From Promethearchaeota archaeon (GTDB lineage: Archaea > Asgardarchaeota > Lokiarchaeia > Sigyniarchaeales > SOKP01), in the NCBI GenBank assembly GCA_048939015.1, contig JBHLPW010000049.1, positions 1 to 38,181 of the forward strand: DNA of 38,181 nucleotides, given 5' to 3'. Positions 28,836-36,976 of this stretch are shown here, piece after piece (position 1 is the first letter of the stretch; each line of letters begins with the position of its first letter). A program made the translations under genes and the position numbers. The notes under the pieces are model-generated. The model had not been told where the DNA came from, searched no databases, and worked only from the letters and a program-made list of their open reading frames with translations.

Positions 28836-29519
28836 ATGGATCCTATTAATATAATTAAAATAATTACAGCGGCTTTAACGGTAGTTATCTCATTTGTAGT
28901 AGGATTTCATGTAATTAGATTAGATCCAAAAAAGTTATTAAATAGATGGTTTACATTATTCTTCATCTCCTCCTCTCTTGGATTTTTGTTCTACACAATT
29001 TACCATTTAATATTGAACAATTCGCAAATAGTTATTTTATTAATGATAATAGGTCAGATTTTTTTCAATTTGATCTTTTTTTCCTTAATGATGACGGTAT
29101 TTATATTAGAAAAATATGAAAAAGTCGCCATGAGTGCTAAATATCTCGGAACAATGATAGCATTATTTATTATAATGAGTGTAGGATATTTTATATGGAT
29201 TCCAACATTGAATATGACTAGATATGCTCAAGGCATCATTGATACTGAAACTCCACTTCCTTGGTTTGTTATGATTATTTCTATTAGAGCTATTTTACTT
29301 ATTTATGTTGTATATAGATACGGACTAATGTCTAGTAAATTAGAGGGAGAGATTAAAAAAAGAGTACAATGGTTTTTTATAGGAATCGTTTTCATTATTA
29401 TTGCACTTCTTATCGATTTGATTGGAGGTGCATCAGGCTTTATTTTAATTGAAGCGCTTGCCTTAATTGCGGTTGACGTTGCAACATTAACAATTTTTAA
29501 AGGTTTTTTAGTAAGATAG
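28836..29519 (+). CDS. Stand-alone 7TM sensor-like membrane protein (HisKA_7TM-like)
   Basis: Seven hydrophobic helices; 'LNRWF' in TM2; 'KKRVQWFFIG' before TM6; no output domain. Confidence 0.7.
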   Translation: MDPINIIKIITAALTVVISFVVGFHVIRLDPKKLLNRWFTLFFISSSLGFLFYTIYHLILNNSQIVILLMIIGQIFFNLIFFSLMMTVFILEKYEKVAMSAKYLGTMIALFIIMSVGYFIWIPTLNMTRYAQGIIDTETPLPWFVMIISIRAILLIYVVYRYGLMSSKLEGEIKKRVQWFFIGIVFIIIALLIDLIGGASGFILIEALALIAVDVATLTIFKGFLVR

Positions 29520-29554
29520 ATTAGGAACGTGTTTATAAACTAATTAAACAACGA

Positions 29555-30016
29555 CTAAATTCCAAAGACTGATTTAATACGATCTCCTACTTTAAATCTT
29601 AAATCCCCCAATATTTCATTAATTCGAGTTTCAGATTTTTTAAAATATCTAGGATCTTTTGAAAAAATGTCATTAGGAGGAAATCTTTCAAGAAAATAAG
29701 AGACAATTTCCTTCAAATGTTGTTTTACAAAATCAGGATCTGTTTCTTTTTCAATAATGGCATAAGATAATAGAGGTTCAGGTTTTTTATTTTTTTCATC
29801 CGGTGATTGAATCATTTTGAAGTAACAAACAATTTCAAAGCCCGAAAATGAAATAACATTTATTTTATCACCATATACCTCAGTAATATAACTTTTCAAT
29901 CCAGTTAAAAATTTAGCTCTTATATTAGGATCTAAAATATTATCTGAGGATGAATAATACCTAATCTCAAGTAAACTTTTCATTCCAATGTTAATCCCAA
30001 CTTCTAAAACTGCCAT
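29555..30016 (-). CDS. Asgard longin-like domain protein, paralog of 3258..3719
   Basis: Same length (153 aa); shared MxVxExG start, SYAI(L/I)(D/E)KE and C-terminal KxVF. Confidence 0.6.
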   Translation of the reverse strand: MAVLEVGINIGMKSLLEIRYYSSSDNILDPNIRAKFLTGLKSYITEVYGDKINVISFSGFEIVCYFKMIQSPDEKNKKPEPLLSYAIIEKETDPDFVKQHLKEIVSYFLERFPPNDIFSKDPRYFKKSETRINEILGDLRFKVGDRIKSVFGI

Positions 30017-30207
30017 TTATACAAAGGAAAGTTATTTAAAAGCTCAAAGACTTTTTTATTATTTTTTTTATACCTCCATTTAATATATTTTTAATTGTTA
30101 TTTTTAGTTGTTATTTTTAATTTTTGCAGGTAAATATTCTAAAAAATATTAAATAGCACTTATGTTCATTTTATATACAAAATCATATCTTGTTCACATA
30201 AAATAAC

Positions 30208-32811
30208 ATGAATAAAAAATCAAAAATTAAATTATACAGCTTATTTCTGGGAACAATTTTCGCCGCTTCAATTCTTTTTCTTAATAATTTCAATTTCATT
30301 TCAACATATCTAAAAGATATTTCCATAAACAATGATAACGTAATTAAAAATAATGATTATCTTAAAATTTCAAAAATTTCAGCTCCAATAAACATCGATG
30401 CTAATGATCCAAACTCTAATTGGAATATTGCTAAAAGTGCAGGGATTTGCACTGGTAATGGTACAGTTTCTGATCCATATGTGATAGAGGATCTAATTAT
30501 AGATGGTGCAAGTACTTCAAATTGTATTTTGATTGAAAATTCCAAGGTATACTTTAGGATCGAAAATTGTACTGTGTTTAATTCTGGATCTTATTCTACT
30601 CATGCTGGTATTAAATTAGTAAGGGTTGGTAATGCAACACTATTGAATAATAATATTAGCAATAATAATGCTAATGGGATTTATTTAGATCATAGTGACT
30701 ATAATTTGATTTCAAGCAACATTCTAAATAATAATGATGATCATGGAATTTATTTATATTGGAGTGTTGAAAACGATATTTTAAGCAATGATGCAAGTTA
30801 TAATCATCGCGATGGAATTTTTCTCGAACATAGCCATTTAAGTCAATTTTCGGGTAACACTGTAAACTATAATCATGGTAACGGGATTAATTCTCCAATG
30901 TATCTTGATAGTAATTTTAACATATTAACTACTAATACAGTGAATAATAATTGGGGTACTGGAATAGAATTAAGTACTTCATCTTATTGCACGGTATCAG
31001 TAAATGAAGTAATTAATAACGGTAATTATGGGATTAATATGAATGGTTATGATAATTTAATTTCTGGTAATAACGTTAATAATAATTACTACGGAATACG
31101 ATTAGATAGGTGTTACAATAGTGAAGTCTCCAAAAATACTGTGAATTATAACACGAATACTGGGATCATGATTTTCGAAGGATCTAATAATCGAGTTTCA
31201 GAAAATGATGTTATCAATAATGATGAATATGGGATTTCAATAAGTGGAGATGATCATAGTATTACAGGAAATATCATTAATTTTAATGAAGTTGGGATTC
31301 TTGTAATGGATTGTTTTGATATTGAAATTATGGGTAATGGTATAAGATATAGTGATTTATATGGGATTCATGTAACAAACAGCTTTGCTATTACAATCAC
31401 AATAAACTCATTTATTGACAATTCTGTTGCGGTGTATATATATAAATCAGATGCGGACCTTTCAAATAATGTTTTTAATGGCAATGATGTTGATGTGCGA
31501 GAAATTGCTGAACCATCATTTCCTTACGCTGCGGTAATAACAGGAACTCTTATTGTAATCGGATTGTTAATAGGCAGTTTGTTTATAGTTAGAAGAAAAA
31601 AATTCAAAGCTAGAACCAAAATTTCTTCAAGTGATAAACTTAAGGAAAAGTTCCAAGTAACGGAAATACCTAAAGTAGAAAGAGCTCTAGAGGATGATAG
31701 TAAATTAGATTTAGCAATACAAGAAATAAAAGAAGAAATACCTGTTCAAGATGAATTAAAAGTTGAGTTAAGTACTGAACAGTTAAGATCTAAATATAAA
31801 TATGAGATTGATAAAATAAGAGAAAAAGTATATAATAAAAATTATTTTATCAGCTTACTCGGTATAGATCAAATCCTTATCCAATTTGAGAAATTCAATC
31901 TTAAAGAAAGACAGGAATCTCAGGATGCTTATTTAGAGTTAATTTTTAAGTATGCTACTCGGTTTTGTGAAATAGACAATGAAGTCCTAATTAGTGAGAT
32001 CCATATCGAAAAAGCTGTTAAAGAATTGTATAGAAAAGACTTGATGAGGACGTTTAGTGTGAGTGAGCTTGAGGAACAACCAGCAAAAGTAGAAATTTTA
32101 CACGAAGAGGAAGAAGTAGAGCAAAATGAAGTCGCAAAAGATGAGTTGGGACAAATATTGAGTATCGAACAGGTAAGAGATAGATATGATAAATATAATA
32201 GAGAAATTGAGAAAATCAGAGATAAATTTCAGAGTCAAAATGTATTTGTTAACTTAAAAGGTGTTAATGAAGTCATTAATTCAATTGAAAAATTAAACCT
32301 AAAAAAGAGAGAAGAAATTCTTGATGATTATTTAGAAAAACTACTAAATTATGCAATTATCTTTTGTAAAAATGGTAATGAGAATTTAGTGAATGAGAGT
32401 CATATCCAAATGGCATTTCAAGAGATATATAGAACAGAATTGGACTTAATAAAAAAAATCCAATTAAGTGAAGAAATTAGCGCAATCAGGCCAGAAGCAC
32501 AACCCAGTGAATTGCAGGTGGAAATTATGGAAGAAGAGAAAATAAGTGTTTCAGAAGTTTTACCATTAGAAGAAGACGTCATAGAAGAAAAGGAAATTGG
32601 AGTAAGCGCTCCCGTGGATCAAATAGAAGAATTGCCTATAGAGGAACAAACACCAATAGTAGAAGAAGTGATAAAAATCGAACATGAGGAACCACCAGAA
32701 GAAATATTACCCCCTGAACCTCAAATAACTTACTGTCCTTTCTGTGGGTTTGTTTTTGATGAAACACCAAACTTTTGTCCACAATGTGGGATGATATTTA
32801 AGAAAAAATAA
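30208..32811 (+). CDS. Surface NosD/right-handed beta-helix protein with TM, duplicated cytoplasmic helical domain and C-terminal zinc ribbon
   Basis: Signal/anchor, GNGTVSDPYVIE motif, Asn-rich GIxL repeats, TM ~31519-31590, two ~92-aa repeats, acidic linker, CPFC-x10-CPQC. Confidence 0.82.
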   Translation: MNKKSKIKLYSLFLGTIFAASILFLNNFNFISTYLKDISINNDNVIKNNDYLKISKISAPINIDANDPNSNWNIAKSAGICTGNGTVSDPYVIEDLIIDGASTSNCILIENSKVYFRIENCTVFNSGSYSTHAGIKLVRVGNATLLNNNISNNNANGIYLDHSDYNLISSNILNNNDDHGIYLYWSVENDILSNDASYNHRDGIFLEHSHLSQFSGNTVNYNHGNGINSPMYLDSNFNILTTNTVNNNWGTGIELSTSSYCTVSVNEVINNGNYGINMNGYDNLISGNNVNNNYYGIRLDRCYNSEVSKNTVNYNTNTGIMIFEGSNNRVSENDVINNDEYGISISGDDHSITGNIINFNEVGILVMDCFDIEIMGNGIRYSDLYGIHVTNSFAITITINSFIDNSVAVYIYKSDADLSNNVFNGNDVDVREIAEPSFPYAAVITGTLIVIGLLIGSLFIVRRKKFKARTKISSSDKLKEKFQVTEIPKVERALEDDSKLDLAIQEIKEEIPVQDELKVELSTEQLRSKYKYEIDKIREKVYNKNYFISLLGIDQILIQFEKFNLKERQESQDAYLELIFKYATRFCEIDNEVLISEIHIEKAVKELYRKDLMRTFSVSELEEQPAKVEILHEEEEVEQNEVAKDELGQILSIEQVRDRYDKYNREIEKIRDKFQSQNVFVNLKGVNEVINSIEKLNLKKREEILDDYLEKLLNYAIIFCKNGNENLVNESHIQMAFQEIYRTELDLIKKIQLSEEISAIRPEAQPSELQVEIMEEEKISVSEVLPLEEDVIEEKEIGVSAPVDQIEELPIEEQTPIVEEVIKIEHEEPPEEILPPEPQITYCPFCGFVFDETPNFCPQCGMIFKKK
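31768..32442 (+). repeat. Two diverged intragenic ~92-aa repeats (~31768-32043 and ~32158-32442), histone-fold-like
   Basis: LSTEQLR...IDKIREK...EKFNLK...YLELIFKYA..FC...HIEKAVKELYR versus LSIEQVR...IEKIRDK...EKLNLK...YLEKLLNYA..FC...HIQMAFQEIYR. Confidence 0.85.
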
Positions 32812-32954
32812 GTTATAATATTATTTTAATTAATTTGGGCGAAAAGTTTTTATAAAAACTAATCATAATTGTATAATTAGACTTTTTTGTAAAGTCAACT
32901 AAAATACGATTCCAATTAAATTGAAAGTCTGAAAAATAAAATAAGGTGATATTT

Positions 32955-33281
32955 GTGGTAATAGTTATGACTACTGTATGGATTCCCCATGCAAAAGCCT
33001 CACAGGCAGGAAAATTGTTCTTGGAAGCCCTGAAAAAATTCCCAGATGATAGATCCCTCGCGAAAAGCCTCTTGAATAATGCAGTCACTGCAACCAAAGA
33101 AGGATATAAAGTTTACATCGCGGATGAAATTAAAGAAGGAAAACTCAAAGAATATTTAGCTCAAGCGAATAAACAACTAATATTTTTCGCTGAAAATATG
33201 GAAGGATACAAATATGAGATCGAAGTTTTATCCTCACTTGTCGAAGCTATGGCAATTTTAGGGCTTAAAGTTCCTGATTAA
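32955..33281 (+). CDS. Small hypothetical alpha/beta protein
   Basis: AGGTGA SD just before an in-frame GTG at 32955; normal composition; T-run downstream. Confidence 0.7.
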   Translation: MVIVMTTVWIPHAKASQAGKLFLEALKKFPDDRSLAKSLLNNAVTATKEGYKVYIADEIKEGKLKEYLAQANKQLIFFAENMEGYKYEIEVLSSLVEAMAILGLKVPD

Positions 33282-33363
33282 AATGTCTATTTAATGTTTT
33301 TAAAAACTCACTAACTTTTTTTTTTAATTGCTTACATTATATCTAAATCCTCTTAAAAGTTTA

Positions 33364-33468
33364 CTATGAATATATTAGCATTGTGTTTATTATAGCAACA
33401 AAAACCAAGGTCGATAAGCATAATCCTGCAATCATAATTACCAAAAGAATTCTTCTTCCAATTATCAT
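33364..33468 (-). CDS. Putative 34-aa single-TM microprotein (not in ORF track)
   Basis: MIIGRRILLVIMIAGLCLSTLVFVAIINTMLIYS*; basic N-terminus plus hydrophobic helix; lies in an intergenic gap. Confidence 0.45.
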   Translation of the reverse strand: MIIGRRILLVIMIAGLCLSTLVFVAIINTMLIYS

Positions 33469-33588
33469 ATGTCGACTATTAAATTTTTGAGAACTTTATA
33501 TTTATTTTTTGAAAAAAACAATATTCTACTTATTTAAATCTATTTAATAGTGAGCTTTTAAATATTATTTATTTTCTTATCATTTTGT

Positions 33589-34113
33589 ATGTTAAAAAAT
33601 AAAAAAAAAATACTAATTTTAGGTCTTGCAAATAGTGGTAAAACCTCTATAGCTCTCTCTATGCAAGATGTCACAGATTTAATATCTTTTACGTCCCTTC
33701 CACCCACAAGGGGAATTGAGATTTCGGAGTTTGAAAATGAAGACACCAAATATTATATATGGGATTTTGGAGGACAAGAGAAATATAGAGAACAATATAA
33801 GAAAAACCTAAATAAATATATCTCTGAAACAAGTGAGATAATTTATGTTATCGACATCCAAGATGATAATGTATTTTTTATATCAGTCGTTTTCTTAAGA
33901 GAAATCCTAAATATTTTAAAGGAAGCTGGTCTGTATTTTGAAATATCCATATTTTTTCATAAATTTGACGACAATTTCAAACCAGATGAAGAAAAAGTTA
34001 GGAACTTATTGAAAATTATTAAAGAAGAAATTCCTGAAGGGTTTACCTATAAAATTTTTCATACCAAAATAAAAGCCCTTTTTGAAAAAAAAATTTCATC
34101 ATATCATGTATAA
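33589..34113 (+). CDS. Small GTPase, Rag/Gtr- or Arf-related, G-domain only
   Basis: LGLANSGKTS, PTRG, WDFGGQEKYR, YVID, HKFD (His-type G4 as in Rag). Confidence 0.85.
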   Translation: MLKNKKKILILGLANSGKTSIALSMQDVTDLISFTSLPPTRGIEISEFENEDTKYYIWDFGGQEKYREQYKKNLNKYISETSEIIYVIDIQDDNVFFISVVFLREILNILKEAGLYFEISIFFHKFDDNFKPDEEKVRNLLKIIKEEIPEGFTYKIFHTKIKALFEKKISSYHV

Positions 34114-34189
34114 TTCCTTTTTGATTTTTTAGGAAACTATTTAATTCAACATAGCTGGATACGAATTAGCTAAAAATATTACTAAAAAC

Positions 34190-34217
34190 TAAAAGAAAAA
34201 TAGAAAGAAAAAATAAA
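34190..34217. repeat. 28-bp direct repeat, copy 1
   Basis: taaaagaaaaatagaaagaaaaaataaa, identical to 35469-35496; flanks also similar. Confidence 0.8.
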
Positions 34218-34228
34218 TTAAAAAATTT

Positions 34229-34312
34229 TTAGCATATTATTTCGAAGATCCTTTCTCTCGCAAAGGGTTTATAGAATGGAATTGGCTGAGTAAATTTTAT
34301 TTGAGATTCCAT
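34229..34312 (-). CDS. Possible 27-aa small ORF
   Basis: MESQIKFTQPIPFYKPFARERIFEIIC*; GGATGA upstream; followed on the minus strand by the T-rich repeat. Confidence 0.25.
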   Translation of the reverse strand: MESQIKFTQPIPFYKPFARERIFEIIC

Positions 34313-34374
34313 GTTAATCATCCAAAAATGTTAATAATTATTATGTAATTATAAGTAATGCAATTTATGCATTT

Positions 34375-35463
34375 TTGGCGAAGAAAATGAAGAAATTTAA
34401 TAGAAGAAAGACAATTGTTTTAATCACTTTCGGAATTCTTTTCGCTTTCTCAATTATTATTACCATAAATCTTAGTTTTATTATGGGTAATAGCAGCAAA
34501 AGTTCGAACCATAGCGACAACAAAAAATTAAGAATGTCGAAAATATCGGGAAAAATTCATATTGATAATAATTGGACTGCTGCCAAGAGTGTGGGAATAA
34601 CTACGGGGAATGGAACATTTTCTGAACCTTATGTCATAGAAGATTTGGTAATAGATGCCGGAGGTTCGGAAACTGGCATCCTGATTGAAAATTCAGATGT
34701 GTACTTTAGGATTGAAAATTGTACAATCTACAATTCGGGAAATAAATCTCTGCATGTTACAGGATTTGGAATCCGATTATCATATGTTAGTAATTCCCAA
34801 TTAATTAATAATAATTGCTCATCTAATTACATCGGAATACATATAGGAAATTGTGATAATATTACCATTTCCGGGAACATCGTAAATGATAATTATCAAG
34901 GAATATGGTTTTGTGATGACTGTGATTACAACACTATTTCTGGAAATACTGTAAATAACAACGAGGAGAGAGGAATGCATTTACATTTAAACGATTACAA
35001 CTCTATTACGGGAAACAAATTTAATCACAATGGTGAATGTGGATTGTATTTAGGGATAAGCCGTTATAACAACATTATGGGAAACAATTTAGATAGTAAT
35101 GCTATAGGGATATGTTTACTCCTTAATAGTGATTACAACATAATTTCGGGAAACAATGCAAGCTACAATGAAGTCTATGGGATATGGTTACATTTTAGTA
35201 ATTACAATACAATTTCGGGAAATAAATTAATTGGGAATAATAATAAATGTTGGAAGGAAGAATCTTGTGAAGGTAATCTTTTTGAAAATAACGAATGTAG
35301 TGGTGGGAACACTTCACTAATTACTCTATTCATTTTGATATTTTCCACAATCGTTCTGTTTAGCATTATTTCGGTTGTCGTAATCCTTATAAGTAAAAAA
35401 CTTATGGTTCATAAGCAATTATCAACTTATAGTTTAATTAATGATGTAGCTAAATATCGCTAA
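34375..35463 (+). CDS. Membrane-anchored NosD/beta-helix surface protein; probable start ATG 34387
   Basis: Signal/anchor, GNGTFSEPYVIEDLVID...YFRIENCTIYNSG, Asn-rich repeats, C-terminal TM. Confidence 0.85.
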   Translation: MAKKMKKFNRRKTIVLITFGILFAFSIIITINLSFIMGNSSKSSNHSDNKKLRMSKISGKIHIDNNWTAAKSVGITTGNGTFSEPYVIEDLVIDAGGSETGILIENSDVYFRIENCTIYNSGNKSLHVTGFGIRLSYVSNSQLINNNCSSNYIGIHIGNCDNITISGNIVNDNYQGIWFCDDCDYNTISGNTVNNNEERGMHLHLNDYNSITGNKFNHNGECGLYLGISRYNNIMGNNLDSNAIGICLLLNSDYNIISGNNASYNEVYGIWLHFSNYNTISGNKLIGNNNKCWKEESCEGNLFENNECSGGNTSLITLFILIFSTIVLFSIISVVVILISKKLMVHKQLSTYSLINDVAKYR

Positions 35464-35468
35464 AAAGT

Positions 35469-35496
35469 TAAAAGAAAAATAGAAAGAAAAAATAAA
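35469..35496. repeat. 28-bp direct repeat, copy 2 (T-rich terminator-like on the minus strand, downstream of the LRR gene)
   Basis: Identical to 34190-34217. Confidence 0.8.
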
Positions 35497-35532
35497 GTTA
35501 AAAAAATAATTCAATTCATTACTTTCAATGTA

Positions 35533-36873
35533 TTAAGTGATAATAATCGTTATCAAACTGATCATTACAGCAATAATACTAATTATTACTGCTATTACAC
35601 CTCCAATTCTTTCATTTTTGATGGTATGGAATTTCAACCGTTTTTCTGGAGCTATACCTTTTACATTTGGCAAAAAATTACGACAAACTTCATTTTTCAC
35701 TTTATTTTTAAAAATACATAAGTTTCGAACTTGTAAAGCAATCCTTCTATCTTCAATTTTACTGAGATCGATCGTTTTATTAAATGCACACAAATTGCAT
35801 CCCCATTTTTTCTTTAAACTTTTTAAAGATGATTGAGGCATTAGATTACCTTCTAAATTAAGTCGCTTAAGTTTATTTATTTCATAAACTGAATTTGGGA
35901 TAGATTCTAAGTTATTATCTTCAAGATTTAATATTTTGAGTGATTTAAGTTTGGATATCGATTCTGGCAATCTTCTAAGTTTATTCTTATCGAGATTAAG
36001 TTTTTTCAAATTAGTGAGATCACCAATAGTTTCTGGTAAAATTGAAAGATTTGTGTCTCTAATACTAAGCTCGATCAAATTATCAAGATTTCCAATTGAA
36101 TTAGGTAAAGTACTAATTTTATTATTTTCAATGTAAATTCTTTTTAATTTATTAAGATGCCAAATAGATTCGGGCAATTCAGTGAGTTTACTATTAAAAA
36201 TGCCAAGATATTTTAAGTTGATAAGGTTTCCAATTGAGTCAGGTAGTTTTAAAAGTGGGCTATTTTCAATATAAAGCCTTATTAAATTGGGACGTTCCTC
36301 TAAAAATTCAGGTATTTTTGAAATATTACTTGCTCTAATATATAAAATCTCTAATTTCGGAAGTTTTCCAAGATCCTTGGGCAATTCTGTGATTTCCTTA
36401 GCATTAATATCAAGATATCTTAAATTTTTGAGGTTAGGAATCGTATCGGGCAAAGAAAACAGATTATTACTCTCAATAACAAGTTTTTGTAATGTATTAA
36501 GATTTCCAATAGTTTCTGGTAGTTCCTTGAGATCATGTTCTACAATATGTAATTCTCGTAATTTTGGAAGGTCACCAAGAGATTCTGGTAATGTAGTAAG
36601 CTGATTGTTTATAAGATTTAGTCTATACAAAATAGAAAGCTTATCAATAGATTCAGGTAATTCTACGAGATTACTGTTTGAAATATACAGTCTTTCTAAT
36701 TTCTTAAGATCCACGATTGACGGGGGTAATTGTTTGAGACGATATTTTCGGATGTCTAGAAATACAATTGATCCTTCCCCCACAATAAAATGTGGGTATA
36801 CTTTCGATGATTTTTGAAGATCTCTTAGAGTTATTACTTCTATTTCTCTTAAATTGGGGTATAAAACTGTCAT
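35533..36873 (-). CDS. Leucine-rich repeat protein (about 13 x 23-aa repeats) with Cys motif and C-terminal tail anchor
   Basis: LxxLPxSIGNLxNLxxLxI repeats; CNLC...C...C; terminal hydrophobic GGVIAVIISIIAVMISLITIIIT*. Confidence 0.92.
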   Translation of the reverse strand: MTVLYPNLREIEVITLRDLQKSSKVYPHFIVGEGSIVFLDIRKYRLKQLPPSIVDLKKLERLYISNSNLVELPESIDKLSILYRLNLINNQLTTLPESLGDLPKLRELHIVEHDLKELPETIGNLNTLQKLVIESNNLFSLPDTIPNLKNLRYLDINAKEITELPKDLGKLPKLEILYIRASNISKIPEFLEERPNLIRLYIENSPLLKLPDSIGNLINLKYLGIFNSKLTELPESIWHLNKLKRIYIENNKISTLPNSIGNLDNLIELSIRDTNLSILPETIGDLTNLKKLNLDKNKLRRLPESISKLKSLKILNLEDNNLESIPNSVYEINKLKRLNLEGNLMPQSSLKSLKKKWGCNLCAFNKTIDLSKIEDRRIALQVRNLCIFKNKVKNEVCRNFLPNVKGIAPEKRLKFHTIKNERIGGVIAVIISIIAVMISLITIIIT

Positions 36874-36976
36874 TTTAACACCACTTTGTAGATTTCCATT
36901 ATATTAATATCTATTATTTGTACTTCATATAAATTATATTGATTTCATGTTTATCCATAAAAAAAAAGATTAAGAT

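Noticed and set aside
25234-33749. Short ORFs 25234, 27596, 28341, 30357, 32813, 33558
   Set aside because: Overlap better-supported genes in another frame or strand
35537-36817. Plus-strand ORFs within the LRR gene and the apparent ~69-bp periodicity
   Set aside because: Antisense shadows; the periodicity is the 23-aa LRR coding repeat, not CRISPR or a tandem DNA array
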